Source: Camelus ferus (Eukaryota). From it: a DNA stretch of 64,000 nt. The position numbers and the translations under genes are program-made. The stretch lies in contig NC_045696.1 in assembly GCF_009834535.1 (NCBI RefSeq), positions 23,190,001-23,254,000 on the forward strand, written 5' to 3'. Positions 53,245-64,000 of this stretch are shown piece after piece (position 1 is the stretch's first letter; every line of letters begins with the position of its first letter). A model generated the notes under the pieces. That model had not been told where the DNA came from. It did no database searches and saw only the letters and a list, made by a program, of their open reading frames with translations.

Positions 53245-53442
53245 TGCTCTGACCAATTTTTTTAAAACATGATCTATATCAAAATCACTGGGGGTTGTTG
53301 CTAAGAAATGTAAATTCAAAAGACATGCTGAAGATTTATTTAAAAATCTCAATTTCTGGGGGAAGGCTGAAGATTCTGTTTCTAAAATAATTTGTTCTGC
53401 ATGATTCTTGTGCTTACCACTTTCATTTGAGAACCTCTATCA
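53245..53442. mobile_element. MER5-type hAT-Charlie MITE
   Basis: atcaaaatcactgggggttgttgctaagaaatgtaaattc ... tgattcttgtgc ... tttgagaacctcta. Confidence 0.65.
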
Positions 53443-56400
53443 TAGTGGACACAGCAGAGTACTAAATCTCTTGATTTACAGTTTGGAGTTGACTTCTAGC
53501 AATGGCTTAAAATGCTTGGCATAAACCTTGGAAATCACATCAAACACTCAGAATCAATTTCTTCCATATTTAACTTTAATGATAATGTCCCTAGAAAGCA
53601 GGGTCTAATGCATTATCTTATATGAGATATTTTTAGCCATGATATACTGTGGCATAATGAGACAAGGTCCTTCATGATATTCCTCTTGAAATCCATAAGC
53701 TATGTTTTTTTTAAACAGACAATTATATCTAACATAATTTGTCTGAGTTGTGTGAAGGCAAGGATGCCAATAAAGTTGTAAAATGACCTATCTGGAAAAT
53801 GAAAGAGAATTTTTCCATTTTATAAATTTTAATATCACTAGTAACGTAGAGCTTGCTTGAGATGAAGCATCTTAAATAGAGCAAAGCAAAGAAGCTTCAT
53901 TTCAATTGTTGCTATAAATTGTGCACATAAACATTGAAAAAACTATAATATTGATAAAAAAGAATTGAAAAAATTTTTGACGATTGCATGTAAAACACAT
54001 AGAATAGATTCTAGCAAACATAAAGCCATTCAACTATTTAAAAATCATGGAAAAATGGTTAGTCTTAGTTGTATCAAAATGGGTGACAACTTTTTAAAAT
54101 TATCAGATTACTAGAACAGTATTCTTTTTTTTCCCCCCACAAGAATTTATGGATTTAGAACTAGTTTCTACCATAACTAGCAGCTTGGCCAAGTAACCAA
54201 ACTCTCTAAGAAATATCTTTATTCAATACATCAGTTAGCAGAGTCACACATTATTGAGAATTAATAGTAAGATGAGATATAAACCTATTCTACTCTTGAA
54301 CTTGTACATTGCTTTATACTAAATCTTTCAAAGGAGGGACATTGTTACATGAACAATATATAGTCATTTTTGATTATATGATTTTCATCTAAATAAAGCA
54401 ACTGATAGAAAAAACAAAGATGAATAGGCACTCTGTGTGCTGAATTGATGATATTAATATTTATACTGAAGTTTTTTACTAAAAGATAACATAAGAGGAA
54501 ATTGGAAGAGGAACAAACTCTAAAAGTGATTGGAAGGACAGTTTGGGAAAACATACAAAATGGAAGTATAAAGATAGATTAAATACATTAAATTTCATTA
54601 TACAAAATTAATGATTAATTTTACTATTTTAATGCCAGTGAAAAAACTACTCAAGATGTTCACAAGTGACAAAAGGTAATAGCAGTAGATACAGAATCTC
54701 TGGTGTGAATTAGAAAAATTTTAAAGTCACCTCATAACAAATATTTTCTTGGTCATATATTTGCATGCTTGGATTCTTTGTAATATATTTTACATCCTCA
54801 TAACATAGATGTAAAAAACTTCTCTTGCTGTAAAAGGCAGTGTTTTCTTGAAAGCTTTCCATAGAACAAATCCCTCAGAAAATCATGCCATATAAAACAC
54901 ATTACATTACCACAAATGCATTTCTAAATACGACAATATATATCTAGACAATGGTGTTCACTAAATTATACCTAAGTCATCACTAATTAGCTTAAGCATC
55001 CATAAGAGAGAAGTTTCATGATATTTATTCAATTATTCTTGACTCATCCTTGAAATTGTATCTTAATATATTACATATACTATTAATTGTGTCCTTGCTT
55101 TCATGTGTGGCACAAGATGGTACATCTTTGGGAAAGGAATGACAATATTTAAAAATCTATGTTTTTATTATTAATTCAAATTGAATTCTATCTTTTAAAG
55201 TAAAAGTATTGTTTTTAAGTTGACAGTGAAATTATTTTATCCTTGAAAAGAACAATAAAGCTTAACCTTTTAAGATAACTATAAGTTGAATTTTGCTAAG
55301 ATCCTTTCTTTATCTGAAATACTCAGAATATGGTGGGAAATAATTTTATCCTAATCTAGCCATGAATTGTCACAGCATTTAAACCTACACTAACATGACA
55401 GAACTAATAAGCTGAGGACTTTCACATTTCATTTGCTTAAACTCAAAATATCAAGCTTTATAAATTATGACATTAACATAAAGGGTTAAGTGACATGTGT
55501 ACAATTCACGTCCCTACTAAAGGGCAGTTCACATTCTAAACTGGGCAACGGAACCCTGCTAGACCAGTCTATTTGTGGCTATTCTCATTTTGCTATTTAG
55601 CTAAGTTTTTTATTTGACTAAGCATATATTTTAGCCATCAATTATTTCCAAAAAATTATAAGTAACAAGAAATTAGTTCATAGATGCAAATTTTTACAAA
55701 TAATTGCAAAATTTAAAAGTTGAAAGTTTTCAAAAGTTTTGTTTTTGAAACATCACATTTTAATGACCAGTACTTAACTATTACTTGGACCAGAAAAGAT
55801 CTGTTAAGAAAATTTAAATTTCCAGCAGGAAAAAGAAAAAGCAAATTTAAGTAATTCAGCAATAGCAAATAGATATTTTAAAAAGACACAATTTAAAAGC
55901 TTGAAATCATCTTTCTTTAAAAAAAAAAGTGTAAAATTATTTTTAAAATATATTATTCATCTTCCAAAACAGAAATTAGCTTTTTTATTAATGAACACCC
56001 AGAATCTAAACTTGGGGGAGGGGACATATCCCCTAAGGCCTAAGCTTTCTATAAACAGTAAGTTGTTCTGGTAAAAACTCAACCTATCATACGGCCAGAA
56101 CCTGACAGCAGCAGAATCTTATCACTGAAACTCAAATTACTTGCCAACATTTCCAAGGTTACTGGAGTGAAACCATCTCAACAAAAGCATGTTTTTCATT
56201 AGGTAGGTTTGTGTTCTTGGATGCTGTATCTATTATATATGGACTTCCTTAAGAGATACAAGAAATTATATAAGGCCTATCTGATAAATGCACACAGAAT
56301 AACCAGCTTCTTATTGTTGGATTAAGTTATTTTAAGCAAGAAGTTATATTTTTTAAAAAATCACCAAATGCACTAATTATAACCATTTCTTTCCTTTTGT

Positions 56401-59096
56401 AGTAGTACAAAGTGTAGATTCAAGTATATTTAATGTTACTCCAAAACCAACTGCTTTTGAGTTAGGAAGAAAATAATTACAGTGTTCTTTAATTAAAATT
56501 TCTTTGAATTTAGAAAAAATAAAAAATGAAGAGCATTAAAATACCAGTAACTCTCTAACATTTCACAAGATGTTTTATTCTTGTAAGAAAACGTCTCTTT
56601 TAAAGAAGTGACTTTCTATTTCTTTGCCCCCTGAGAAAACCTCAGAGAGCAGAGAATTAAACAAAGGTAAGCTTCATAGGCATTGAATTAGAATATAAAA
56701 TAAGCATGTCTAATTCATATATAACAATGCCTTTTGAACAAAAAACAACCCCCAATCCACAGGACCATGTATCTGTACATGAAGTTTTCATCATAGTCAC
56801 TGTGTAAACACTAAAACATTAATTTGAGAATTAGATCATCACTAAAAGAATCTGAAATATTGCAAAGTTGTTCCACCCAAGTGATTAAGCAAATTATTAT
56901 TCTAATGGTTTTTATTTTATAAAAAGCAACAAGTACTTAACCTTAAAAAAGTTCAAAAACTATGAGAAGAATCATTCAGACATATTCACAATTCTTCAAC
57001 AGCTGACTTCACCGTTAAATATAACTTATTTGTTGTAAAATTCTACTTCAAAATAGTGTTTTACTGCTTATTTGTAGTTATTGAATCAATAAATAATCCA
57101 TGGAAGTGAAAATGTGAAAACTGTCAGGAGTATTTATAATTAAAAATGATAATCTATGTCTAAATAAAAATTGTACTTCATCTAAATAGAACACTTCTCT
57201 TACGGTGGTAGAGTTTTCCATTTCACTAAGGTAATAAAATTCTTCTCAAAACACATAATAATTTAAAATTTTTCATCTCGAAATTTACTTCCTCTTAACT
57301 GTTGAAAATGTGCTTTTTAAAGAGTAAGATTACTTGCTAAATTCTACTTTTGGTATCTACTTAAACAATCATTTCAGACACCTCAAATAATTTTTTTAAA
57401 TCTAATTAAAACTTGTGAATAATCTACTAATTAAGTCCTAGCTCCCTAATTATGATTATGTTCTTTATATGATAGAAGAAATTTTTTACAACTAACCAAA
57501 TATAAATTTTTCTCCATTCATATTTCAAAAAAAGGCATTGCAGAATTTACATTTGAATTAGATTCTTTTAATACATAATTTAAAAAACAAAACAAAAAAA
57601 TTTAAAAAACAATTTATTATAAATTTTGTAAAGATTTTGCTTTTAAGATAAAAAATTCACTATTAATTAAGCCATTTAAAATCTGGTTATATTTTCATTT
57701 ATTCTTCATATAATTTGTAGACCACTAAGGAGTATAAAATGCTTCATATCTGTAAAAGTTTAACATTATAAAGCTAATAAACCTATAAATTCCTCTAAAA
57801 GACAGGTAGTACAATAATTTATTGTAGCAGAAGATATTCTTGGAAACCTGAATCATAAAATAAATCGCCTCTAAATAATTATTCTGCATGTTTAAATTCA
57901 TTTTTATAATTTTCTTGGGGGAGACAATTTTATCTGAAAGTGTGAGAGAGAAAAACACTTCAGTCAGTTTTGATGGCACCTCACATGATTAAACATGTTC
58001 ACAATAATGAATGTAAATAAATGTAGGTCCTCTAAACATCTTTGGTGCCCTGATAAATATTTATCCTTGTCTTTTGTGATAAGGTCTATTGTCTGCAGTC
58101 TCACTAAGGCAGAAGGTGGGGAGGGACACCTCCAAAAGAGTTCGAAAGACCACGGATGTGGAATGGGTGTTTCTATACAGAAAACATTTAATTAAGATCA
58201 TTTCTGATTTTGAATCTCCCTCTGTGCTGATGAAAAGGCAAGCTGTAAGGAAGAAGGAGGGCCCCCGCTGGCTGTAAACAGGGTAGAACAAATACCCTGC
58301 AGCTCCAAAACAAGGAAACACAGGCCCCCCTGCTGGCTAGCAATGGGAGGAAGTTATCTCCCACAGACTTCAGAGATAAGTCCAAGAAAGGAATATAGAT
58401 ATGAAAAACACAGGCTCATGGAGAAGGAAGAGGAAATGGAGCTAAACCATTCATCATGGTTTAGTTTCACTGTTTTGTTAGACTGCAGTCAGATTTCTGA
58501 GCACTAAATGGCTGGGGCTTTATACTTCAGAAATCATGGCTGTTTATTCCTAAAGGGTCGGGGAGGATATCCCCTAATACCCTACTATATTAGCAGCAGA
58601 ATGATGTATCAATAGGCTGTTTTCGTACATCAGATGATGAATGTTGTCTCATTACTATTTTGCATTAATAAAAAACTCTTTTCCCACTGAATCTCAAACA
58701 ATAAAATATCATAATAAAGCTGTATAAATGGAGATATTTAATAAAGAAAATAGAATGGAATTCACATGTTTCTCAAAATGTTAAACATTTGAAAGAAAAA
58801 GTTTGGCAGTTCAGTTTGTAGTTTTGAACCACAGTGTCTTCAAGGAAATTAGAGTGGTGATCTTAGGGAAAACCTGACTTATCCTTAATTTGACGGCTTC
58901 TTTGTAAAGTTACGGAAAATGAATTTGAAAAACCTGATACATTATGAACCTTTCCCACAATATTTGTTTCTGTAAGGCTTTTAAATGTAATCTCAAGAAT
59001 TTTAAGCCTATGCTCATTGCCTTTTATCAGAAAAAATATATAATTACAAATCATGTTTCATTCATTAGGTCTTCTGACTCATTCCTATTAAAATAA

Positions 59097-59126
59097 ACAG
59101 ATAGAGAGATAAATAGATAGATAGAC

Positions 59127-59177
<51 letters not shown>

Positions 59178-59203
59178 TAGACAGACAGATAGATAGATGA
59201 TAG
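59097..59203. repeat. Compound (GATA)n/(GACA)n tetranucleotide microsatellite
   Basis: Directly visible tandem array. Confidence 0.97.
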
Positions 59204-59959
59204 GTATAAATACTCCAGTGTAGTACAATTACATTAAATAACTATCAGCTGAGCTTCAGATGTTGGACAAAAAAAACCAAACAAACTTTCTTCCTGTTTC
59301 TTAAGAAACTGTCCATTAGCAGGTTGTTCTTGGTTTTTTAAAATTGTTAGTTGAAACACTGGGATTTCAACCAAAATTAAATTTTACTAAGAAACAATAG
59401 CATTATTGCCAGTGATATTACAATGACACGCTGGTGACAATAATTTTCTTTCTTTTCTTAATAGAATATAATTTCTAATGAAAATCTAAAGATGGCCAGA
59501 GATATGCTAAAAATTATCTAAAGGAAAATTATCTAAAGGAAAATACGGAAAACAAAGAGATAGTAATAGCTATACATCTACACTTTTAGACCTAAAATGT
59601 ATATGCTTATCATAAATTGGCTCTTTATTTGACTACAAAATAGGTAGTAGTTATGCCAAAGGATCATAGAGTATGATAAAGCAGCAGAACACAGTACTGG
59701 TTTAATATCAGTGAGCTATTTGGAGAATCAATTATTCTGTAAAGAGAAAATAAACCCCAGTCCTTTTCTCACTAACTATGGGTGTATAATGGGCTGTCCA
59801 GGTGTTCTGACGCTCAGTGTCTCTACCTGAGAAGGAGCAATAATAATATTCTACCTTCCTTATAACACAGTCTTATATTGAGAAGAAAAAACATACTGTC
59901 ATCCAGGATCATAAATAAATCATCCTTAAAAATACCTCATCCAGCAGATGATTGTGATT

Positions 59960-60309
59960 TTCACTAGAACTTGGTTACAAATACTCCAATTTACCTCCCT
60001 CAGGGCACAAAGTAGGAATGCGCTTTCTCACCCCTTTGAAATTACATGTGCCCATATGACTTGTGTAGGCCAGTGAAATATAAGCAGATGTTAAGATTTA
60101 AGAGTCAGCATGTCATTCACAAGGGTTCCTTTCTCTGCTGTATCAGTCAAGATGGTCCCTCCAACAGCCTGGATTTCAAATAACTAGAACATGCACAAGA
60201 CTCCTTGCTCTATAGTGAGTGAAAAGTAAACCTTTGTTGAGACAAATCCATGAAATGTGAGATGGCTTATCACTGCAGCATAACCTAGAATATTCTGACT
60301 CACGAAACA
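59960..60309 (+). mobile_element. Old MaLR LTR (MLT1I/J-like)
   Basis: ccatatgacttgtgtaggccagtgaaatataagcaga ... gagtgaaaagtaaacctttgttg ... tcactgcagcataacctagaatattctgact. Confidence 0.7.
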
Positions 60310-60328
60310 TGTTAATTCCTAAAGATCA

Positions 60329-60432
60329 AAGTTATAATGGTTATATATAACCATTATAACTTGGGTATTATAACTTTGATTATTATAATGGTTATATATA
60401 ACCATTATTATAATCAAAGTTATAATACCCAA
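60329..60432. repeat. Two abutting AT-rich palindromes (34 bp perfect; 72 bp with one mismatch)
   Basis: Checked base by base: 60329-60362 is perfect; 60361-60432 has a single T/T mismatch (60384/60409). Confidence 0.95.
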
Positions 60433-61099
60433 AGGACTAAAAGTAAATATAAAATCCCTCTTGCCTGCTCTTTGCCTTTTGACACAAACTGTGATGGCAT
60501 ATTCATCTTGATTACACTCTATTTTTAATTCCTACAATTCTAACCACTAAAGCACTTTAGTTTTTTCTGTTATCCACTCATTTTTATAACAGGAAAGTGA
60601 AATTTAATGGTAAATTAATTGCAAAAATACTGTCATACAGACAAAGGTAGTGAAACTCCCAAAACTTAACTTCTGTCTTGAAGCAAAACTACAGTAAAAT
60701 CGTATGAAATTTCATGCACAAAGTGATGTTTAACGGAGTGAATGTGACATAATAAAAAAAAAAAAACTGAGGATGTCAGCATTAAAATCTATGTCCAAAA
60801 GACTAAGAGAAATTAGTCCATGATCATATACCATACATATGGAAGTGTTTTGTGAACTGTGACGTACCATATACAATTGAAACGTCCCAACAAATAGTTC
60901 TTTCAACCATTAATAAAATGAAAACTGTACCTTAAATTTCACACTTTAAATTGATCAATCTTTGTCAATTTTTGTCAGTCTTCGTTCAAAATAGATTATA
61001 GCTTACTGCAAAGATGTGGGTTTATGACGTGTCTTAGTTAAGCTGTATGCCTAAAGGGAGTGGCATATCTACATTCTGCATAAGACTATTTAGAGAATG

Positions 61100-61316
61100 C
61101 AGTTGACTCTTGAACAACATGGGTTTGAACTACGTGGGTCCACTTATACCTGTTTTTTCAATAAATACTACAGTACTACGCCATCATGAGGTTGGTTGAC
61201 TCTGTGGATACAGAACCATGGACAGGGAGGATACACTAAAGGACTTGAGCATCCTCAGATTTTGGTATCCATGGTGGATCCTGGAACCAATTCTCTGTGA
61301 TACTAAGGCAAAACTG
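61100..61316. mobile_element. Non-autonomous Tigger2-type MITE
   Basis: cagttgactcttgaacaacatgggtttgaactacgtgggtccacttatac ... gattttggtatccatggtggatcctggaaccaat ... aactg followed by TA. Confidence 0.85.
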
Positions 61317-61491
61317 TACTTCCTTTATTGGAGTTCCTCTGGCATTATTTATACACCTTTAGTCTTTTCAATGTATGAAGCTTCATTACTTGTAAATAAA
61401 TGAATGAATACAAAGAAAAAAGGTATTCATTTCACCAATGATAACAGCCATTTTCTAGAATCTACCATACACAAAGTAGCTGATGAGTGCT

Positions 61492-61820
61492 AGAGCACAG
61501 GTTCTCAATGCTGGAGTCACATTAGAATCATCTGGAGATACTTAACAAGTACCTGAGCCCCACCTACCCAATCAAATCAGGATCTCTGCAAGTGAGACCT
61601 GAGTATTCTCCCTCCCCCAACCAATAGGGGGATTATTGGGTCATAGAGTAAGATTATATTTTACTTTTCTTAACACTATACATACTTAAAGTATACAATT
61701 TGATTAGATAGATGCTTATAAAATATCACCACAATCAACTCTCAACGTCTATTCCTGAGTATTTTTAAAATCTTCTCATGTGTTTTTAAAGGGCAGCTAA
61801 AGTTGAACAACATGGTGCTA
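61492..61820. mobile_element. MER5-type MITE interrupted by a 146-bp L1-derived insert
   Basis: MER5 halves ggttctcaatgctggagtcacattagaatcatctggaga and tttttaaaatcttctcatgtg...aaagttgaacaacatg; cctgagtatt duplicated at 61598-61607 and 61754-61763. Confidence 0.7.
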
Positions 61821-62494
61821 GCCAGAGAAAGAGATAAATAAGGATGATTCCTCTCTAGAAGCATAATATCAGTTGTAGCAGACTAGCAAATAGATAACTC
61901 AACACAAGGAAAACTAAAATAAGTCTGAACACACAAACAAGCATGATGTTTTGAGAAAAAAAGAGTAGAAATGAGAAAAATATCTTCACATTAGTGTTAA
62001 CCATAATCAACTAACTATATCTGATGAATCTATTATAGTTAGAATCACTTAAATTTTACATCTTATGACAAAGTCATCATATTTATTATCTGAAATAATT
62101 TTTACTCTAAAATAAAACTTTAAAATGTTTTTCCAAAAAACTCAATAAATTAGCTTACTCTCTTTTGAATCACATAAAATAACAGTATTTCAAAACAATA
62201 TTTAATATTCAAAATACATTGCAATGAAAATATATCAATGTTAACATTAGCTGTTAATTATAACTACCTATCTACAAAAAAGTACTTACTATAAGAGGCT
62301 ATTACAGAAATTAAAGATTTTAAAATTTGAGAAAGCTGACATCAAGCAAAATTTCATTTTATTTTTAATATTGAGATATTTATTTCAACTTTTCCATACA
62401 TAGTCTGATTTGACCCAGTTCCCATCTCTTAATTTGAAGTTATTATGGAAGACTTTGTCATGCTTATCTGTATATATTTATCACTGTAGTTATG

Positions 62495-62625
62495 GTCCAT
62501 CTATCACTGACTAGCTGCATGAACTTGAGAATTCACTCAACCTTTCTGATACTTTATTTATATAATATAGACATTAGGTCAGATGCTCTCAAGAAAACTA
62601 TCAGATATTTAAAACTATGATTTTA
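62495..62625 (+). mobile_element. MIR/MIR3 SINE fragment
   Basis: cactgactagctgcatgaacttgagaattcactcaacctttctga ... ctatgatttta. Confidence 0.55.
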
Positions 62626-64000
62626 TAGTTTCACATACAGAAGCCCATCCTTTTACAAAAGGAACCCACTCAAAATTTGGAAAACTAGAACTATTTTAAG
62701 CTACTAACTGTCATATTTCTCAACCTTGAAGAGAAGAGCCCCTTTTAGAAGAAAAAAGTATTTGCAGACTGTCAGTGTGAACCTAAATTATTTTTTCACA
62801 GTTTAAATATTAAAATTAAATATAAATTCCTAGGACTTATAACTTTTATGAAACTATGAAGTCAAGAGAAATGCATAAAATATAAACAAAGCTACAAAGA
62901 AAAATTCATTTGCTCCCCTTGTAGAAAGTTGAATAATTTCTTTATTTCCCAAGATGCAGGCAAAGAATATCTTGATAGTTACTAAGTCAATTGAAAATAA
63001 TGTTTTCTTCATCAATGGTTGATAAATCAGTGCAACTACAGTACATTCAATCTAGTTTCCTTAACTATTAAAATAGTCAAAACAATCCAGCAAGTGTTCA
63101 AATACTGTGTTATTGACATTGTGTGTGGAATATACTACATATCACACTAGTAAGAGTTAACATACCTCGACACTTGGAAAGAAGTAACTAAGACCGAGCA
63201 ATTAGAATTTTAAAACCATAATTACAGAGATTTAACGTTTGAGTCAAGAATTTTAACTAAACAAAAATATAAGAAAAATCTGACTTGGCTGCTCTTATAT
63301 GACGAAGACAAGCAGAACAAAAACTATTTGAGACACGTTGTGTGAAGTAGCTGCTAAATTCATTCAACCTGATGTCAATCTCTCCATCTCAAACTGTCCA
63401 TGACATCCTCATGGCTCTCCTATTTCTAGCCAGTTCATCCCTACTCTTTGAGTTTAAGGATCAAATATCCAATTACATGCTTCAAGAAAGAAAACACTGA
63501 AAATTACATAATCATAAATATTTCAATATGGACATGAGGAAAACATCATAACATAGCCTTGGAGGTGAATTATCTGGTGATTTAGGTATATAATCATTTT
63601 GAATCAAATCAGAATAATGTAGTTGTATTATATAATAGTTATAGTCTCTTGAACTCTTACTCAGAATGCGAACAATTGTTTACTTTAGCCTCCACAGATT
63701 TGGAAGTAGTCAATTTCAGAGTTTTAAACAGTTATAATTAAAATACTGAATAAATCTCTGACACTTCAAGCCTCAATTTAGCATTCAGAAAGCACACTTA
63801 CACTAGGTCATTTCTAAGTCACATATGTAATTCCTATTTCTACAGTATTCCCCTAATAGGAAATGTCAAAGGCTTCTATAAGTTACCAAATTAAACATCT
63901 CTTCAGTCCGACCCACCCAGGAGATCACAAGCACCTGCTTATTACAAACATGAGTCTTCTCAAAATAATGATCAACAAACACCATTTGAATATCCACCAT

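Noticed and set aside
59509..59544. 16-bp tandem duplication aaaattatctaaagga
   Set aside because: Ordinary slippage duplication with no further structure.
60337..60528. ORF with the repeated peptide MVIYNHY
   Set aside because: An artefact of the palindromic duplication.
937..61403. The supplied ORFs as standalone genes
   Set aside because: All are 60-129 aa, many are low-complexity or lack an ATG start, several lie in repeats (e.g. 9708-10055, 25020-25335, 26092-26352, 61218-61403), and none resembles a protein I know.
63145..63760. Minus-strand donor-like sites (GAG|gtatgt near 63166; GA|gtaaga near 63661)
   Set aside because: No strong paired acceptors.
1..64000. CRISPR array, operon, rRNA or known miRNA hairpin
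   Set aside because: The DNA is mammalian and shows no repeat-spacer array. I recognised no rRNA or miRNA, although a database search was not possible.

Overview
AT-rich, CpG-depleted mammalian genomic DNA, intronic or intergenic in character. The L1 3' ends, a tRNA-derived SINE and Tigger deletion derivatives suggest a camelid. I saw no Alu, Bov-A/BovB, PRE-1 or Can-SINE. Repeat family names are recalled from consensus sequences, not searched. None of the supplied ORFs (60-129 aa) resembles a protein I recognise, and several fall inside repeats. The window holds ancient repeats (L2, MIR, MLT1, LTR16/33, MER5, L1M), younger insertions with target-site duplications (TSDs) and microsatellites. 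The parts most worth checking are: (i) a roughly 8 kb repeat-poor block (about 16.2-24.6 kb) with candidate exons on both strands, a TATA box, converging poly(A) signals and hairpins; (ii) two strong minus-strand exon candidates (38146-38221 and 44906-45201) of an unidentified host transcript; (iii) a compound nested palindrome at 60325-60432 and other template-switch or retrotransposition scars. I could not name the host gene, and I cannot demonstrate a novel biological system from the sequence alone.
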